DNA from: Chiloscyllium plagiosum
Lineage: Eukaryota
NCBI RefSeq assembly: GCF_004010195.1
Contig: NC_057711.1
Coordinates: 78,634,099-78,698,098, forward strand
Direction: 5' to 3'
DNA: 64,000 nucleotides
Position numbers and translations under genes: made by a program. Below the pieces are notes generated by a model. The model saw nothing but the letters and a program-made list of their open reading frames with translations, was not told where the DNA came from and searched no databases. Positions 51,420 through 64,000 of the stretch are shown in pieces; within the stretch, counting starts at the first letter, position 1; the number at the start of each line of letters is the position of its first letter.

Positions 51420-53470
51420 TAGAATCGTAGGATCATAGAGGTATACAACAAAGAAACAGACTCTTTGGTCCAACTCGCGCATGCTGACCAGATATTCTAA
51501 CCTAATCTGTCCCATTTGCCAGCACTTGGCCTATATCCCTCTAAACCCTTCCTATTCATATACCCATCCAGATGCCTTTAAATGTTGCAATTGTACCTGC
51601 CTCCACTGCTTCCATTGGTAGCTCATTCCATACATGCACAACCCTGTGTGTGAAAACGTTGCCCCTCAGGTCTCTTTTATATCTTTTCCCTCTCACCCTG
51701 AACCTATGCCCTCTAGTTCTGGACTCCCCCACCCCAGGGGAAATGCTTTATCTATTTATCTTATCCATGCCCCTAATGATTTTATAAACCTCTATAAGGT
51801 CACCTAAGCTTTCGATGCTCCAGGAAAAACAGTCCCAGCCTATTCAGCCTCTCCCTATGGCAAAAATCCTTCAACCCAGCAACATCCTTGTCAATTTTTT
51901 AAGGATCCTTTCAGGTTTGACAACCTTTTCAGGTTAGATAGGAAGGAGACCAGAATTGCACATAATATTCCAAAAGTGACTTAACCAACTTCCTGGACAG
52001 TTGTAAGATGACCTCTCAACACCTCTACTCAATACTCTGACCAATAAAGGGAAGCATATAAAATGTCTTCTTCACTATCCTATCTACCTGCAGGAACTTT
52101 CAAGGAACTATGAACCTGCACTCCAAGGTCTCTTTGTTCAGCAACACTCTCTAGGACCTTACCATTAAGTGTATAAGTCCAGCTAAGATTTGCTTTTTCA
52201 AAATGCAGCATCTTACATTTGTGTAAATTAAACTCCATCTGCCACTCCTCAGCCCATTGGCCCATTTGATCAAGATCCCATTGTACTCTGAGGTAATCTT
52301 CTTTATTGTCCACCACACCTCCAATTTTGGTGTCATTTACAAACTTGCTAACTATACCTCCTATGTTCACATCCAAATCATTTATATAAATGACGAAAAG
52401 TAGGTGGACCCAGCACCAATCCTTGTGGCACTCCACTAGTAATAGGCTTCCAGTATGAAAAGCAACCCTCCACAACCACCCTCTGTCTTCTACATTTGAG
52501 CCAGTTCTGTATCCAAATGGTTAGATCTCCCTGTATTCCATGAGATCTAACCTTGCTAACCAGTCTCCCATGGGGAACCTTGTCGAACACATTACTGAAG
52601 TCCATATAGGTCACATCCACCGCTCTGCCCTATTTAATCCTCTTTGTTACTTCTTCAAAAAACTCAATCAAGTTTGTGAGACATGATTTCCCACGCACGA
52701 AGCCATGTTGACTATCCCTCATCAGTCCTTGCCTTTCCAAACACATGTACATCCTGTCCCTCAGGATTCTCTCCAACTACTTGCCCACCACCGACGTCAG
52801 GCTCACTAGTCTATAGTTCCCTGACTTGTCCGTACAACCCTTCTGAAACAGTGGCATCATGTTTGCCAACCTCCAGTCTTCCGGCACCTCACTTGTGATT
52901 ATTGATGACACAGATATTGCAGCAAGGCGCCCAGACATCATTTCTCTAGCTTCCCACAGAGTTCTAGGATACACATGATCAGGTCCTGGGGATGTATCCA
53001 CTTTTAAGCGTTTCAAGACATCTAGCACTTCCTTCTCCGTAAAATAGACATTTTTCAAGATGTTACCATCTATTTCCCTACATTCTATATCATCCATGTC
53101 CTTCTCCACAGTAAACACAATGTTTAGTATCTCCCCCATCTCCTGCGGCTCCACACATAGGCTGCCTTGCTGATCTTAGAGGGGTCCTATTCTCTCCCTA
53201 GTTACCCTTTTGTCCTTAATGTGTTTATTAAAAAAAACTTTGGATTCTCCTTAACCCTATTTGCCAAAGCTATCTCATGACCCCTTTTTGCCCTCCTGAT
53301 TTCTCTCTTAAGTATACGCCTACTGCCTTTATATTTTAAGGATTCACTTGATCTCTCCTGTCTATACCTGACATATGCTTCCTTCTTTTTCTTAACCAAA
53401 ACTCAATTTCTCTAGTCATCCAGCATTCCTTATACCTACCAGCCTTTCCTTTCACCCTAACAGGAATATT
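51420..53470 (-). mobile_element. 5'-truncated CR1, same young family as 61141-63495
   Basis: NYRLVSLTSVVGK, YMDFSNVFDKVPHG, WQMEFN, and a CR1 tail. Confidence 0.93.
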
Positions 53471-54609
53471 GGGCAGAATAACCTATTTTATATAATTCCA
53501 TTGATGAAATTGAACAGCCTTCGTTAGCGTCTGGTATCAAGCTGTGGATGTACTTAAACATATGTATCGGTGATATTGGAAATGAATAGGATGTATGTAA
53601 AGGAAGAGTGGGCATTGTATAAATCTTGAGTTGGGCCACAAGTCCTGATTCTTCCGATCCTGACCTATTTTCCAAGTTCCATCCATGAAATGGAGAGATT
53701 TGCTTTTCATGTGGAGATCTCCACTTCCTATTACCTTTCTGTAAAGAAGCAGAACTATATGCCACTATGACATCAGTGACACAAAATCTCTATACTTTCT
53801 TATTAAGTCTCTCCTTGCAAGCACAGTAATGCCAAAGTAGAAAGCTACATGATATTTTGAACAGCTTTTTGCTGGAGGAGGTTGTGCTGGGCAAGACAGT
53901 TACTGAAACAGGCACGAAACACTGACTTATCTGTCTCTGTTGAGACTGGGAGATTCCCAGAGATGATACAAAGTCTAATTTCTGGATTTCCCTGTGAGTA
54001 AGGGATCAGAACAAGCTCTGGAAACCACTAGCAGTTCAGTGCAGCTCAGAATAAGTGTCAAGGAATCCCATAAACTATACTTGTTTAATGCAGCTGGGAA
54101 AAATTGGAGCTCAGAGAAACTAACTGTAGTAAAACTGTGGAAGAGCTGGAATTGTACTGCAAGGTAGAGCTGGAAGGTAGTCTTGAGAATCTAGTGGAAC
54201 ACTGACTCATTGGAAGTGATTGAATTACTAGGACGTGAGAAGTCAGTGAAACAGTTCATGATTGAATGGCTTATGGAGGAATTCCGAAGCTTTACCTTCA
54301 AAAGTGAAGAACTGGAGTTGCATGTGAAAGAGGAAATATTTAAGGTGATATGATGACTCTGTCAACTTGGTGCTGGAATAGGCTTAATGAGAAATGTGTG
54401 TGATCTGTCTTGACTGCATGTGCTATTTGACATGTTTTATGGACTGTTCAGCCAGTTTGTCTTTTAACTTATATTTATTCACGTTAATCCTGGATGTTAG
54501 AGTGTATACATTGTGGAGTGTAGATTGTTTTACATTTTTAACTTGTGTACTGAAGTTTTTTTTTGTTTAAACAAAATCTTCTGGTTTTATTCTCTGAGTA
54601 ATTAGCTGT

Positions 54610-55395
54610 TTAAGACATTGGCTTGGCCTCATCTGGAGTACTGTTGAACAGTTCTGGGCTCCACACTTTAGGAAGAATGTGAATTCATTGGAGAGCTTTC
54701 AGAAGTAGTGTATGAGAGTTGTTCCAGAGAGGAGGAGTTTCTGTAATGAAGATAGATTGAAGACTTGAAGATTGGGATTGTTTTCCTTGGAAAAGAGGAG
54801 GCTTAGAGGCAATCTGATCAATGTATTCAAAAAACATGAGAGACCTGGACAGAGTAAGTGTGAAGAAAATGTTCTCACTCATGCAAGGATTAAGAGTCGA
54901 AGAATGTGGTGCTGGAAAAGCAAAGTTGGTCAGGCAGCATCTGAGGGGCAGGAGAATCGACATTTGGGCATAAGCCCTTCATCAGGAATCCTGATGAAAG
55001 GCCTATGCCCAAAACATCGATTCTGCTGCTCCTTGGATGCTGCCTCACCTGCTGTGCTTTTCCAGCACCGCATTCTTAAACTCTGATCTACAGCATCTGC
55101 AGTCCTCACTTTCTCCTTCCCTGAGAACAAGAGGGCACAGATTTTAAGTACTTAATAAAAGAAGCAAAAAAGTGATGTGAGGAAAGACTTTATTTTAAAA
55201 TAAATAGCTTTGTATGGTTTGCCAAAAGATATTGTCTTCAAGGTATTCAAAAGGAAATACATGGTTATTTGAAAAGGAAGAAGGTGAAGATTTATGGAGA
55301 GAAGGAAGGTGAATGGCACTGAGTGACCTGCTCATTTGGAGAGCCCAGCACAGACATGAGGGGCTGAACAGCATCTTTCTGCCCTGCGACAGTTC
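54610..55395 (+). mobile_element. Old CR1 3' fragment with a nested palindromic PLE derivative
   Basis: LEYC..FW.P and LFSLEKRRLRGNLI; resumes after about 55122. Confidence 0.75.
54892..55120. mobile_element. Short palindromic Penelope-derived element
   Basis: Inverted repeat centred on CATCAGGAATCCTGATG. gaatc-CTGATGA...AAAA-CA-TC-gattc has a perfect 5-bp stem I but the GAAA is mutated. Confidence 0.85.
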
Positions 55396-56486
55396 TGTAA
55401 TGTCAATGTATGTTTACCTTAAACAAAGAAATGTTCACCAATAAAATCAGAGCATGATTTAGTGATCTCATGTGGCTTTATATCTGCTGGAAAAGAGACT
55501 CTTTGATGTTTAGTTTTTTTAGAGAGTGATTGTTTAAAATATTTCCATGGTCATTTAGAGAGCAACCAGGGCAATGTAGTAATTATGTTCAATTTTAGCA
55601 ATCTTGATTGAATTACTGTTACTTCCTTAATGAGAGAATGATTTTTCTTTCTACAAGGCAGTTTCAAATTATAAGTGCTGCAAACAGAGGTTAGCTTATT
55701 TACCACATGTGCTTTATGAATGACTTGTAATAAAGTCATGTGAACCGCCATTTTCTAAAATTAAATATTGCTTTGTTGGCAAAAGCGTCTTTTCCAGATT
55801 TAATGTGAGCAGAGTTTTACCATCTGAAGTAATCCACTTAAAAAGCAGAGCCAACAGGATCTAGCCAAAGCTGGAATTTGTAAAAGGCAGCAGTTAATTT
55901 CATATTGAAGCATAATTGATAGTTTATCTTTGGGCTTATCTCAGCAAGTTACCTTTCAACTATCAGTTGCTTCAATACTGAATGTGAAATCTAAGGTCTT
56001 TCTTCTACTTAAAGGAATGGATAGTTAGATCATAAAAAAGTAGTTAGATCATGAAAGGAGAAATCAATACAAATTTCAAATGGAAAAGGCATGCTTGGCC
56101 AACATTATTGAATGCTTTGTTAAAGTAACCATGGATCAATGACTTATGTTTATATAATATTTTTAATGTAATAAAGCATTCCAAGCACTTCACAGGAATG
56201 TTACAAAACACAAAACGACATACAGCCACAAAAGGGGATATTAGATCAGAGATCAAAATACAACATTAATTATATAAATTTCAGGAACGGGCAGGTGGGA
56301 CTAGTTTAGTTTCAGATTCTGTTCGGCATGGACCTGTTGGACCGAAGAATGTATTTCTGTGCTACATGACTCTATGAATGTCTTGAAGGAGGAAAAGTGA
56401 GATTGAGAAGTAGAGAGATGTAGGGAGAAAATTCCTGATCTTGGGGCCTTTACAGCTAAGCTTTGGTCATCAGCAGTGGAACAATC

Positions 56487-56825
56487 ATGCGGTGGCTCAG
56501 TGGTTAGCACTGCTGACTCACAGCGCTAGGGACATGGGTTTGATTCCAACCTTTGGCCACTGTCTGCATGAAGTTTGCATATTCTCCTCGTGTCTGTATG
56601 GGTTTTCTCTGGTGCTCCCGTTTCTTCCCACAGTCCAAAGATGTGCAGGTTAGGTGAATTGGCCATGCTAAATTGCCCATATTGCTTAGAGATGTGTAGG
56701 TTGGGGGTATTGGTCAGGGGAAATGTAGAGTAATAGATTAGGGGAATGGGTCTGGGTGGGATACACTTCAGAGGGTCGGTGTGGACTTATTGGGCCGAAG
56801 AGCCTGTTTCCACTCTGTAATTCTA
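56487..56825 (+). mobile_element. HE1-like V-SINE
   Basis: A and B boxes, V core, CR1-like tail. Confidence 0.9.
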
Positions 56826-56922
56826 TATAAAAATGGGTGTGAAGAGCACTTCCATTAAATTGTTCATCAGTAAATCTACTGCATAATGTTCCAACCTGAG
56901 CTTACTCGACAAAGTTAAAACT

Positions 56923-57200
56923 GGGCGGCACGGTGGTACAGTGGTTAGCACTGCTGCCTCAGGCGACTGACTGTGTGCAGTTTGCACGTTCTCCCCGTGT
57001 CTGCGTGTGTTTCCTCCGGGTGCTCCGGTTTCCTCCCACCATCCAAAGATGTGCAGGGTCAGGTGAATTGGCCATACTAAATTGCCTGTAGTGTTAGGTA
57101 AGGGGTAAATGTAGGGGTATGGGTGGGTTTCGCTTCGGCGGGTCGGTGTGGACTTGTTGGGCCGAAGGGCCTGTTTCCACACTGTAATCTAATCTAAATC
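56923..57200 (+). mobile_element. HE1-like V-SINE with B-box deletion and 8-bp TSD
   Basis: TAAAACTG at 56916-56923 and 57201-57208. Confidence 0.9.
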
Positions 57201-57249
57201 TAAAACTGCTTTAATATTTTGGCAGAAGTATGCGATACAACACCTGAGA

Positions 57250-58690
57250 TTCTACAGGCAGGCACTGATTACTGTAATTGATACATGGGCAATCAATCCA
57301 GTTGAAATTAAATAAATTACATTCCTCTGGCCAAGGTATTATGCAGCATAAAGGCAACTTCACAGTCACTGATATTGAGGAGGTGGCGAGTATCAGCCTC
57401 CTCCTAACAGTTGCAATGTACAGAAGTGCTTGTCTCTGGTTAATTTGGGTGACCAAAGAACTGGCTATTCTTCAGCCACTTCCACTGCACATGGGACATC
57501 CAGGTCTGCTGTTCTGGATGGCAACTTTAACTGCACTGTCATGAGGTTAGAGAGACAGGAGTAACAAAAACTGGATGTCACGTCCAGACTCCTGATGGAA
57601 ATGTTGAAAGATGTGAAGTTGTACAATATTTTCAGCAACCCTCCTTCAAAGGCATCACATAGATACACCAAGTTTGTCTATTTCAGGATAAACTACCTGT
57701 TTGTCACCTGTGTTGACAGTCAGATGGTTGAGATCAAGTTGATGTTCTTCTCTGATAACTGCATCCTACTGGACAACTGTCACTTATAGGGAAAAAAAAG
57801 GGTTAAATGATGGAAATGGAAGGTAAAATTGAGTTGGCTGATATTAGAAAAAAAATGGAGGAATTCAAAAAGGACAAAACGTTGGAAAACTATGACACTT
57901 ATTTGGAGTCTCTGACTATCTGTTTGGAAGCAACCAAGGTGAACATCAAGAGGTTTTCCATCTTTAAATGTGTTCTGTCCTAGAGTTGGTGGTCCACCTT
58001 GACCCATGTTCCATAAGAGAACCTTATGCTACTCAAGGATACGAATGCTTGTGTGGGAGGACCCCTGCCTCATCTAGTCCAGGAGAAGACCTCAAACAGA
58101 ATATGGTACACGTACATGATGGATATTCTCTCCACAGTAGGATTTATTAAAAGAATTAATTGGATACAGCTATTGAAAAAGAAACATTAGAATCACAGTT
58201 TCAATCAATGAATGGGAATTGAAAAGCTTCCTGATCCAATCTGGAGTAAGGCAGTGCTATCCTCTGTCCCTGTTCTAATCGTGTTTTGCATAGACCATTT
58301 TGACAAATCCATTAGGAAGAGGGATGACAATTCCAGGCAGTGGACACACTTAATCAGAGCTTCCTTGTTTTTGGAGAGTGTCTCTGGCTTCTGCTCAGAT
58401 CCTCTGCTGTGTGATTAGCATCTGCAATAGCTATAAATGAACCCTGGGAACCAAGATAAATTCAAGGAAGAGGGGAATAATGTTTTCTTTGAAATTGTGT
58501 TGACTAATCTTTTATCTTTTTCACAATCTGGTCAGACTACCTGAAAGATGTGGATATGATTCAGATGGGTTGGGGAGTGCATTAAAAATTTGAAATTCTG
58601 AGTTGCTATGGTAAATACTAGACATATGGAAATGACGGTCGTCTTTTTGCAAGAACCTGGTGATCATGTGCAACAATTCTCATTGTTTCT
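57250..58690 (+). mobile_element. Heavily degraded Tx1-like (L1-clade) ORF2
   Basis: VLDGNFNC (from GGDFNC), RINYLFV (from RIDY), FFSDNC (from SDH), NIKRF, SGVRQCYP (from GVRQGCP). Confidence 0.65.
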
Positions 58691-58704
58691 GTACAGGGGT
58701 CAGA

Positions 58705-59208
58705 TAAGACCATAATAGGAACAGGAATAGGCTATTCAGCCCCTTGAGCCTGCCTGTGCCATCATGGCTGATCCGACATTCCTCACATTCCTGCCCAACC
58801 CCATAACCCTTGATACTGATCAAGAATATATCTATCTATCTTAATCTTAAATATGTTATCAATGATCACATACAGATGTGACCTCTGTGACCGGGACTGA
58901 CACTCCAGCATTGGTTTCACAAGCGACATTGCTTCAGGGAAGCAGAAAGTCAGAACAATGAAGATGTAACCCAGGGTCAGCCATGACCAAAAGGGGCCTC
59001 AACCTTAAATATACACAAGGACTCTGTCCCCACAGCTCGCTTTTGCAAGCAGTTCCAAAGACTCACAACTCTCGATAAGTTCTTGCTTATTTCAGTTTGA
59101 ACTTGGTGCCCCTTTATTCTGAGACTATGCCCTCTGGTCCCCCTAAACTCTCCCAAGAGGGGAAATATCCACTCAGTATTTACCCTATCAAGCTCCTTAA
59201 AAATCTAC
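58705..59208 (-). mobile_element. CR1 3' tail with a nested RTE 3' end (58855-59003, + strand)
   Basis: Insert reads YRCDLCDRD*HSSIG..KRHC and is flanked by CTTAAATAT at 58846-58854 and 59004-59012. Confidence 0.65.
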
Positions 59209-60389
59209 AGGCTGTTCCAAAATCGCACATCGATATCAACCAACTGTGGTACAAGGACAATCAACTTGGTGAAAGGTACTCTTTGGTCTGTTCAAAATGT
59301 GTTGGTTTTCCAAAACAAAGAGTTGCCCTTTACTAAATGTTGCAAACTGGGATATTTCATGATCTATGACTATATATTGAGGAGCACACAAAGGCTTGAG
59401 CTAACTATCACAGAGACATAATGGGAAACGTTTCTATCCAAGACCTTTTAGACATAGTATATCAAGTGCTGGAAATTATATAGAACACCTCTGACTGTGT
59501 GCCCTATACGTGTATGCTTTGAAACTCATGAGTATTGAAATAATATTGAGGTATCAAAAGATGGAACGTTGGTATAAGAAGAAAAGTTTATTTCTATTGC
59601 ACTGTATGCCTGATATGAAATATCCACTATACTAATAAGAGTATTACAATTGTAATGAGACATCATAGAACAGAAAATGTTGTCTGGAGACAAGTTGAAT
59701 GTTATTGCAGATTCTGCAAATTTTAAGTTTAAATATTTTGTAACATACTTCTGTAAACCTTACGAATTAAGTACAATTTTTGGGGACGAATTTGGAGCTT
59801 TTTATTTTTTTCCACCTCAGTACCTGAATTTGCAACTGAAATTTTTCTACTCCTGTCTGTTTCTTGGTGAAAACCTTCAATGCCTATTTACACATGCTTA
59901 ACATTTTAAAAACCTTTCCTTTGATCAATAATCCCGTAATAATTTGACTATTCAACTATTATATTTGCATTTAGCACACTCTTTAACTTTGCCTGGATAC
60001 AATTATTGTTTTATTTATTCATAGTGGAGCTAGCTTTAAAAGGGACAATGTTGTAAGATGTTTTCATTAGATGGATTAAATGTTATCCATGGAAATTCTG
60101 GGTCATTCAAAATAATATTTAGATTGCAAACAACATTGGAGATTAGTGCAACATTTGAGAATATTAACATTGGAAACACTTTAAAATAATATATGCTGTT
60201 ACTAGTTTTCAAATGTCTTTCACTTCGAAGATATCAAATATTGCATCCAGTTTTTCACAGTTTTATCCTTTTTTCAACCTCACCTGGATGATAGTAGGAA
60301 ATAGTGTGGAATCATGTACAGTTGCACAGGCACAGGCATCAGTTACTGCTGGCTTATATTGTAGAAAATAATATTAAATCTCTTTTCAG

Positions 60390-60770
60390 AGGCCCGAGTA
60401 ACTTGGGCCTGTACTCATTGGAGAATTGTAGTAAACCTTATTTAATGTAAAAGATTCTTTTGGGACGATTCAGCAGAGAGATGCAGAGAGCTTGTTTCCC
60501 CTGTCAGAGTGTCGAGGACACAATCTCACCCTTTAAAACAGAGATGAGGAGGATTTCTTTCTTTCAGAAAGTGGTCAATCTATTGAATTCTTTAGTTGAG
60601 GTGGGTTGTTAACTATATGGAAGGGCGAAACAGACAGATTTTTTAATCAGTAAGGGAATTAAGGGGTAAAGGGATAAGACAGGAAAATGGATCAGATCAT
60701 CCACGCTCTCATTGATTTGTGAAACAGACTCAATTGGCTGAATCACTTACTTCTGGTCCTATATCTTATA
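60390..60770 (+). mobile_element. Old CR1 3' fragment
   Basis: LGLYSLE, FKTEMRR.FF.QKVVNL and 3'UTR remnants. Confidence 0.65.
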
Positions 60771-61140
60771 ATAAAAAAACTAAGATTCTATAATAGTACT
60801 TTTGAGGAAGAGTCACCAGATCTGAAATGTTAACTTTGATGTCTCTTCACAGATGCTGCCAGACCTAATATTTCTGGATTGTTTTCTGATTTACAGCATC
60901 CACAATTCTTATGGATTTTATGAAGATAGATGAAGTTAGGTCACAGAAAGCCATAAACTCATGATCCATACATCAATGTAAGATTTAAGGATTATGATCA
61001 ACAGGATTTAAGAACTAACTGGCGAAGTCTGCTTCTAGTTTCCACATAAAAGACTGAAAAAGTAATAGAATGTTGATTGTATTTGAATGTCAATACTGAT
61101 GGGAGGTAATGGAACAGATCTTAGATTTATGTCATCATAG

Positions 61141-63495
61141 TACCTACTAGAGAAGGTGCAAAACTTGATCTACTCTTGGGAAATAAGGCAGGGCAGGTGA
61201 CTGAGGTGTCAGTGGGGGAGCACTTTGGGGCCAGCGACCATAATTCAAGAGATTTAAAATAGTGATGGAAAAGGATAGACCAGATCTAAAAGTTGAAGTT
61301 CTAAATTGGAGAAAGGCCAATTTTGACGGTATTAGGCAAGGGCTTTCAAAAGCTGACTGGGGGCAGAATTTCGCAGATAAAGGGATGGCTGGAAAATGGG
61401 AAGCCTTCAGAAATGAGATAACAAGAATCCAGAAAAAGTATATTCCTGTCAGGGTGAAAGGAAAGGCTGGTAGGTATAGGGAATGCTGGATGACTAAAAA
61501 AATTGAGGGTTTGGTTAAGAAAAAGAAGGAAGCATATATAAGGTATAGACAGGATAGATCGAGTGAATCCTAAGAAGAGTATAAAGGAAGTAGGAGTATA
61601 CTTAAGAGGGAAATCAGGAGGGCAAAAAAGGGACATGAGATAGCTTTGGCAAATAGAATTAAGGAGAATCCAAAGGGTTTTTACAAATACATTAAGGACA
61701 AAAGGGTAATTAGGGAGAGAATAGGGCCACTCAAAGATCAGCAAGCCGGCCTTTGTGAGGAGCCGCAGATAATGGGAGAGATACTAAATGAGTATTTTGC
61801 AACAGTATTTATTGTGGAAAAGGATATGGAAGATATAGACTGTAGGGAAATAGATGGTGACATCTTGCAAAATGTCCAGATTACAGAGGAGGAAGAGCTG
61901 GATGTCTTGAAATGGTTAAAGGTGGATAAATCCCCAGGACCTGATCAGGTGTACCCGAGAACTCTGTGGGAAGCTAGGGAAATGATTGCTGGGCTTCTTG
62001 CTAAGATATATGTATCATCAATAGTCACAGGTGAGGTGCCGAAAGACTGGAGGTTGGCAAACGTGGTGCCACTGTTTAAAAAGGGTGATAAGGACAAGCC
62101 AGAGAACTATAGACCAGTGAGCCTGACGTCGGTGGTGGTCAAGTTGTTGGAGGGAATCCTGAGGGACAGGATGTACATGTATTTGGAAAGGGAAGGACAG
62201 ACAAGGGATAGTCAACAAGGCTTTGTACATGGAAAATCATGTCTCACAAACTTGATTGAGTTTTTTGAAGAAGTAACAAAGAAGATTGATGAGGGCAGAG
62301 CGGTAGGTGTGATCTATATGGACTTCAGTAAGGCGTTCGACAAGGTTCCCCATGAGACTGGTTAGCAAGGTTAAATCTCATGGAATACAGGGAGAACTGG
62401 CCATTTGGATACAGAACTGGCTCAAAGGTAGAAGACAGAGGGAGGTGGTGGAGGGTTGTTTTTCAGACTGGAGGCCTGTGACCAGTGGAGTGCCACAAGG
62501 ATCGGTGCTGGGCCCTCTACTTTTTGTCATTTACATAAATGATTTGAATTCAAACATAAGAAGTACAGTTAGCAAGTTTGCAGATGACACCAAAATTGGA
62601 CGTATAGTGGACAGCAAAGAGGGTTACTTCAGATTACAACAAGATCTTGACCAGATGGGCCAATGGGCTGAGAAGTGACAGATGGAGTTTAATTCAGATA
62701 AATACGAGGTGCTGCATTTTGGGAAAGCAAATCTTAGCAGGACTTATACACTTAATGATAAGGTCCATGGGAGTGTTGCTGAACAAAGAGACCTTGGAGT
62801 GCAGGTTCATAGCTCCTTGAAAGTGGAGTCGCCGTTGGATAGGATAGTGAAGAAGGCATTTGGTATGCTTTCCTTTATTGGTTAGAGTATGGAGTACAGG
62901 AGTTGGGAGGTCATGTTGCGGCTGTACAGGACATTGGTTTGGCCACTGTTGGAATATTGCGTGCAATTCTGGTCTCCTTCCTATCGGAAAAATGTTGTGA
63001 AACTTGAAAGGGTTCAGAAAAGATTTACAAGGATGTTGCCAGGGTTGGAGGATTTGAGCTATAGGGTGAGGCTGAACAGGCTGGGGCTGTTTTTCCTGGA
63101 GCATCAGAGGCTGAGGGGTGACCTTATAGAGGTTTACAAAATTATGAGGGGCATGCATAGGGTAAATAGGAAAAGTCTTTTCCCTGGGGTCGGGAAGTCC
63201 AGAACTAGAGGGCATAGGTTTAGGGTGAGGGGGAAAGATATAAAAGACACCTAAGGAGGAACTTCTTCACACAGAGTGTGGTAGGGATATGGAATGTGCT
63301 GCCAGAGGAAGTGATGGAGGCTGGTACAATTGCAACATTTAAGAGGCATTTAGATAGATATATGAATAGGAAGGGATTGGACGGATATGGGCCGGGTGCT
63401 GGCAGGTGGGACTAGATTGGGTTGGGATATCTGGTCGGCATGGCCGGTTGGCACCAAAGCGCCTGTTTCCATGCTGTACATCTCTATGACTCTAT
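61141..63495 (+). mobile_element. 5'-truncated young CR1 (ORF2 with few disruptions)
   Basis: Consecutive ORFs 61262-63254 with NYRPVSLTS, DFSKAFDKVPH, GVPQGSVLGP, KFADDTK; tail TCTATGACTCTA. Confidence 0.95.
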
Positions 63496-63649
63496 TTGTC
63501 CATTTGGATGCGGGAGACATTGCAATAGACAATGGGGCAAGAACTATCAAAAGTCAAGACTTCTGGAGGGTGACATTTCAGAGGAATATTGGAAGAAGTG
63601 AGAAACTGAGAGCTCACCTGTGCCTGAAGAGGATCTAAGAAGAGCAATA

Positions 63650-64000
63650 ATACTATGGAGAAGGATTTCCTGGAATGTGTAGGTGATTTTTTTAGACCAA
63701 TACTTGAGGAAAAACTAGACAGCAGGCTGTCTTACACTGAGTTATGCAATGGGAAAGGATTAATTAACAATCCTGTTGATCTGCTGGGCAACAATGACCC
63801 TAAAATGATAGAATTATTCATTAGTGTAGAGAGTGAAGAAGTTGAATCCGAATCTGAAAGGTCCAAATTTTAAACAAAGGGATCTTTGCAGGTATGAGGC
63901 AGGAGTTGGCAATGATGGATTAGAGAACACTCCTAAGGCATTGGCAGTGGATAGGAGAATTTAAGGAACAAATGCATGAATTACAATAAATATACATTCC
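63650..64000 (+). mobile_element. CR1 endonuclease-region fragment
   Basis: DFLECVGDFF...LLGNNDPKMIEL, a degenerate SDH region. Confidence 0.6.

Noticed and set aside
53770..54600. Possible solo LTR
   Set aside because: Composition is suggestive, but no convincing TG...CA ends or TSD could be defined.
57278..57544. Possible SF1 helicase pseudogene (IEEVA and LGDQR resemble motifs II and III)
   Set aside because: Downstream motifs (GNFNC, RINY, FSDN, GVRQ) fit a decayed Tx1-like LINE endonuclease/RT better.
28500..64000. Search for PSAT1, the neighbour of CEP78 in human, or any other host gene
   Set aside because: No recognisable exons or CpG-island promoter were found by eye. Small exons could have been missed.
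1..64000. CRISPR arrays, rRNA genes or prokaryotic systems
   Set aside because: No regularly spaced direct repeats or operon-like ORFs; the sequence is eukaryotic intron and intergenic DNA.

Overview
Repeat-rich vertebrate genomic DNA, most likely a shark: it carries HE1/V-SINE-type tRNA SINEs, abundant CR1 LINEs and Penelope-like elements (PLEs). Bases ~1-28.5 kb hold the 3' half of CEP78 on the + strand. Seven GT-AG exons join in frame, including a 43-nt micro-exon, and are followed by a stop codon and a candidate poly(A) signal. The rest is intergenic and consists mostly of transposon debris: CR1 (one near full length with esterase ORF1), L1, Tx1, RTE, PLEs, SINEs, a Tigger-like MITE, a Harbinger remnant and probable solo LTRs. 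The most notable signal is a set of minimal type-I hammerhead ribozyme motifs (CUGANGA-stem II-GAAA-CG-UC). They occur in PLE termini and in ~200-bp palindromic, TSD-flanked non-autonomous derivatives, several inside CEP78 introns. Also notable is an L1 apparently split by a ~4.7-kb inversion, with a ~120-bp inverted duplication and a human-like YY1 5' end. All calls are by eye and from memory of the families; no searches were run. Transposon boundaries are approximate.
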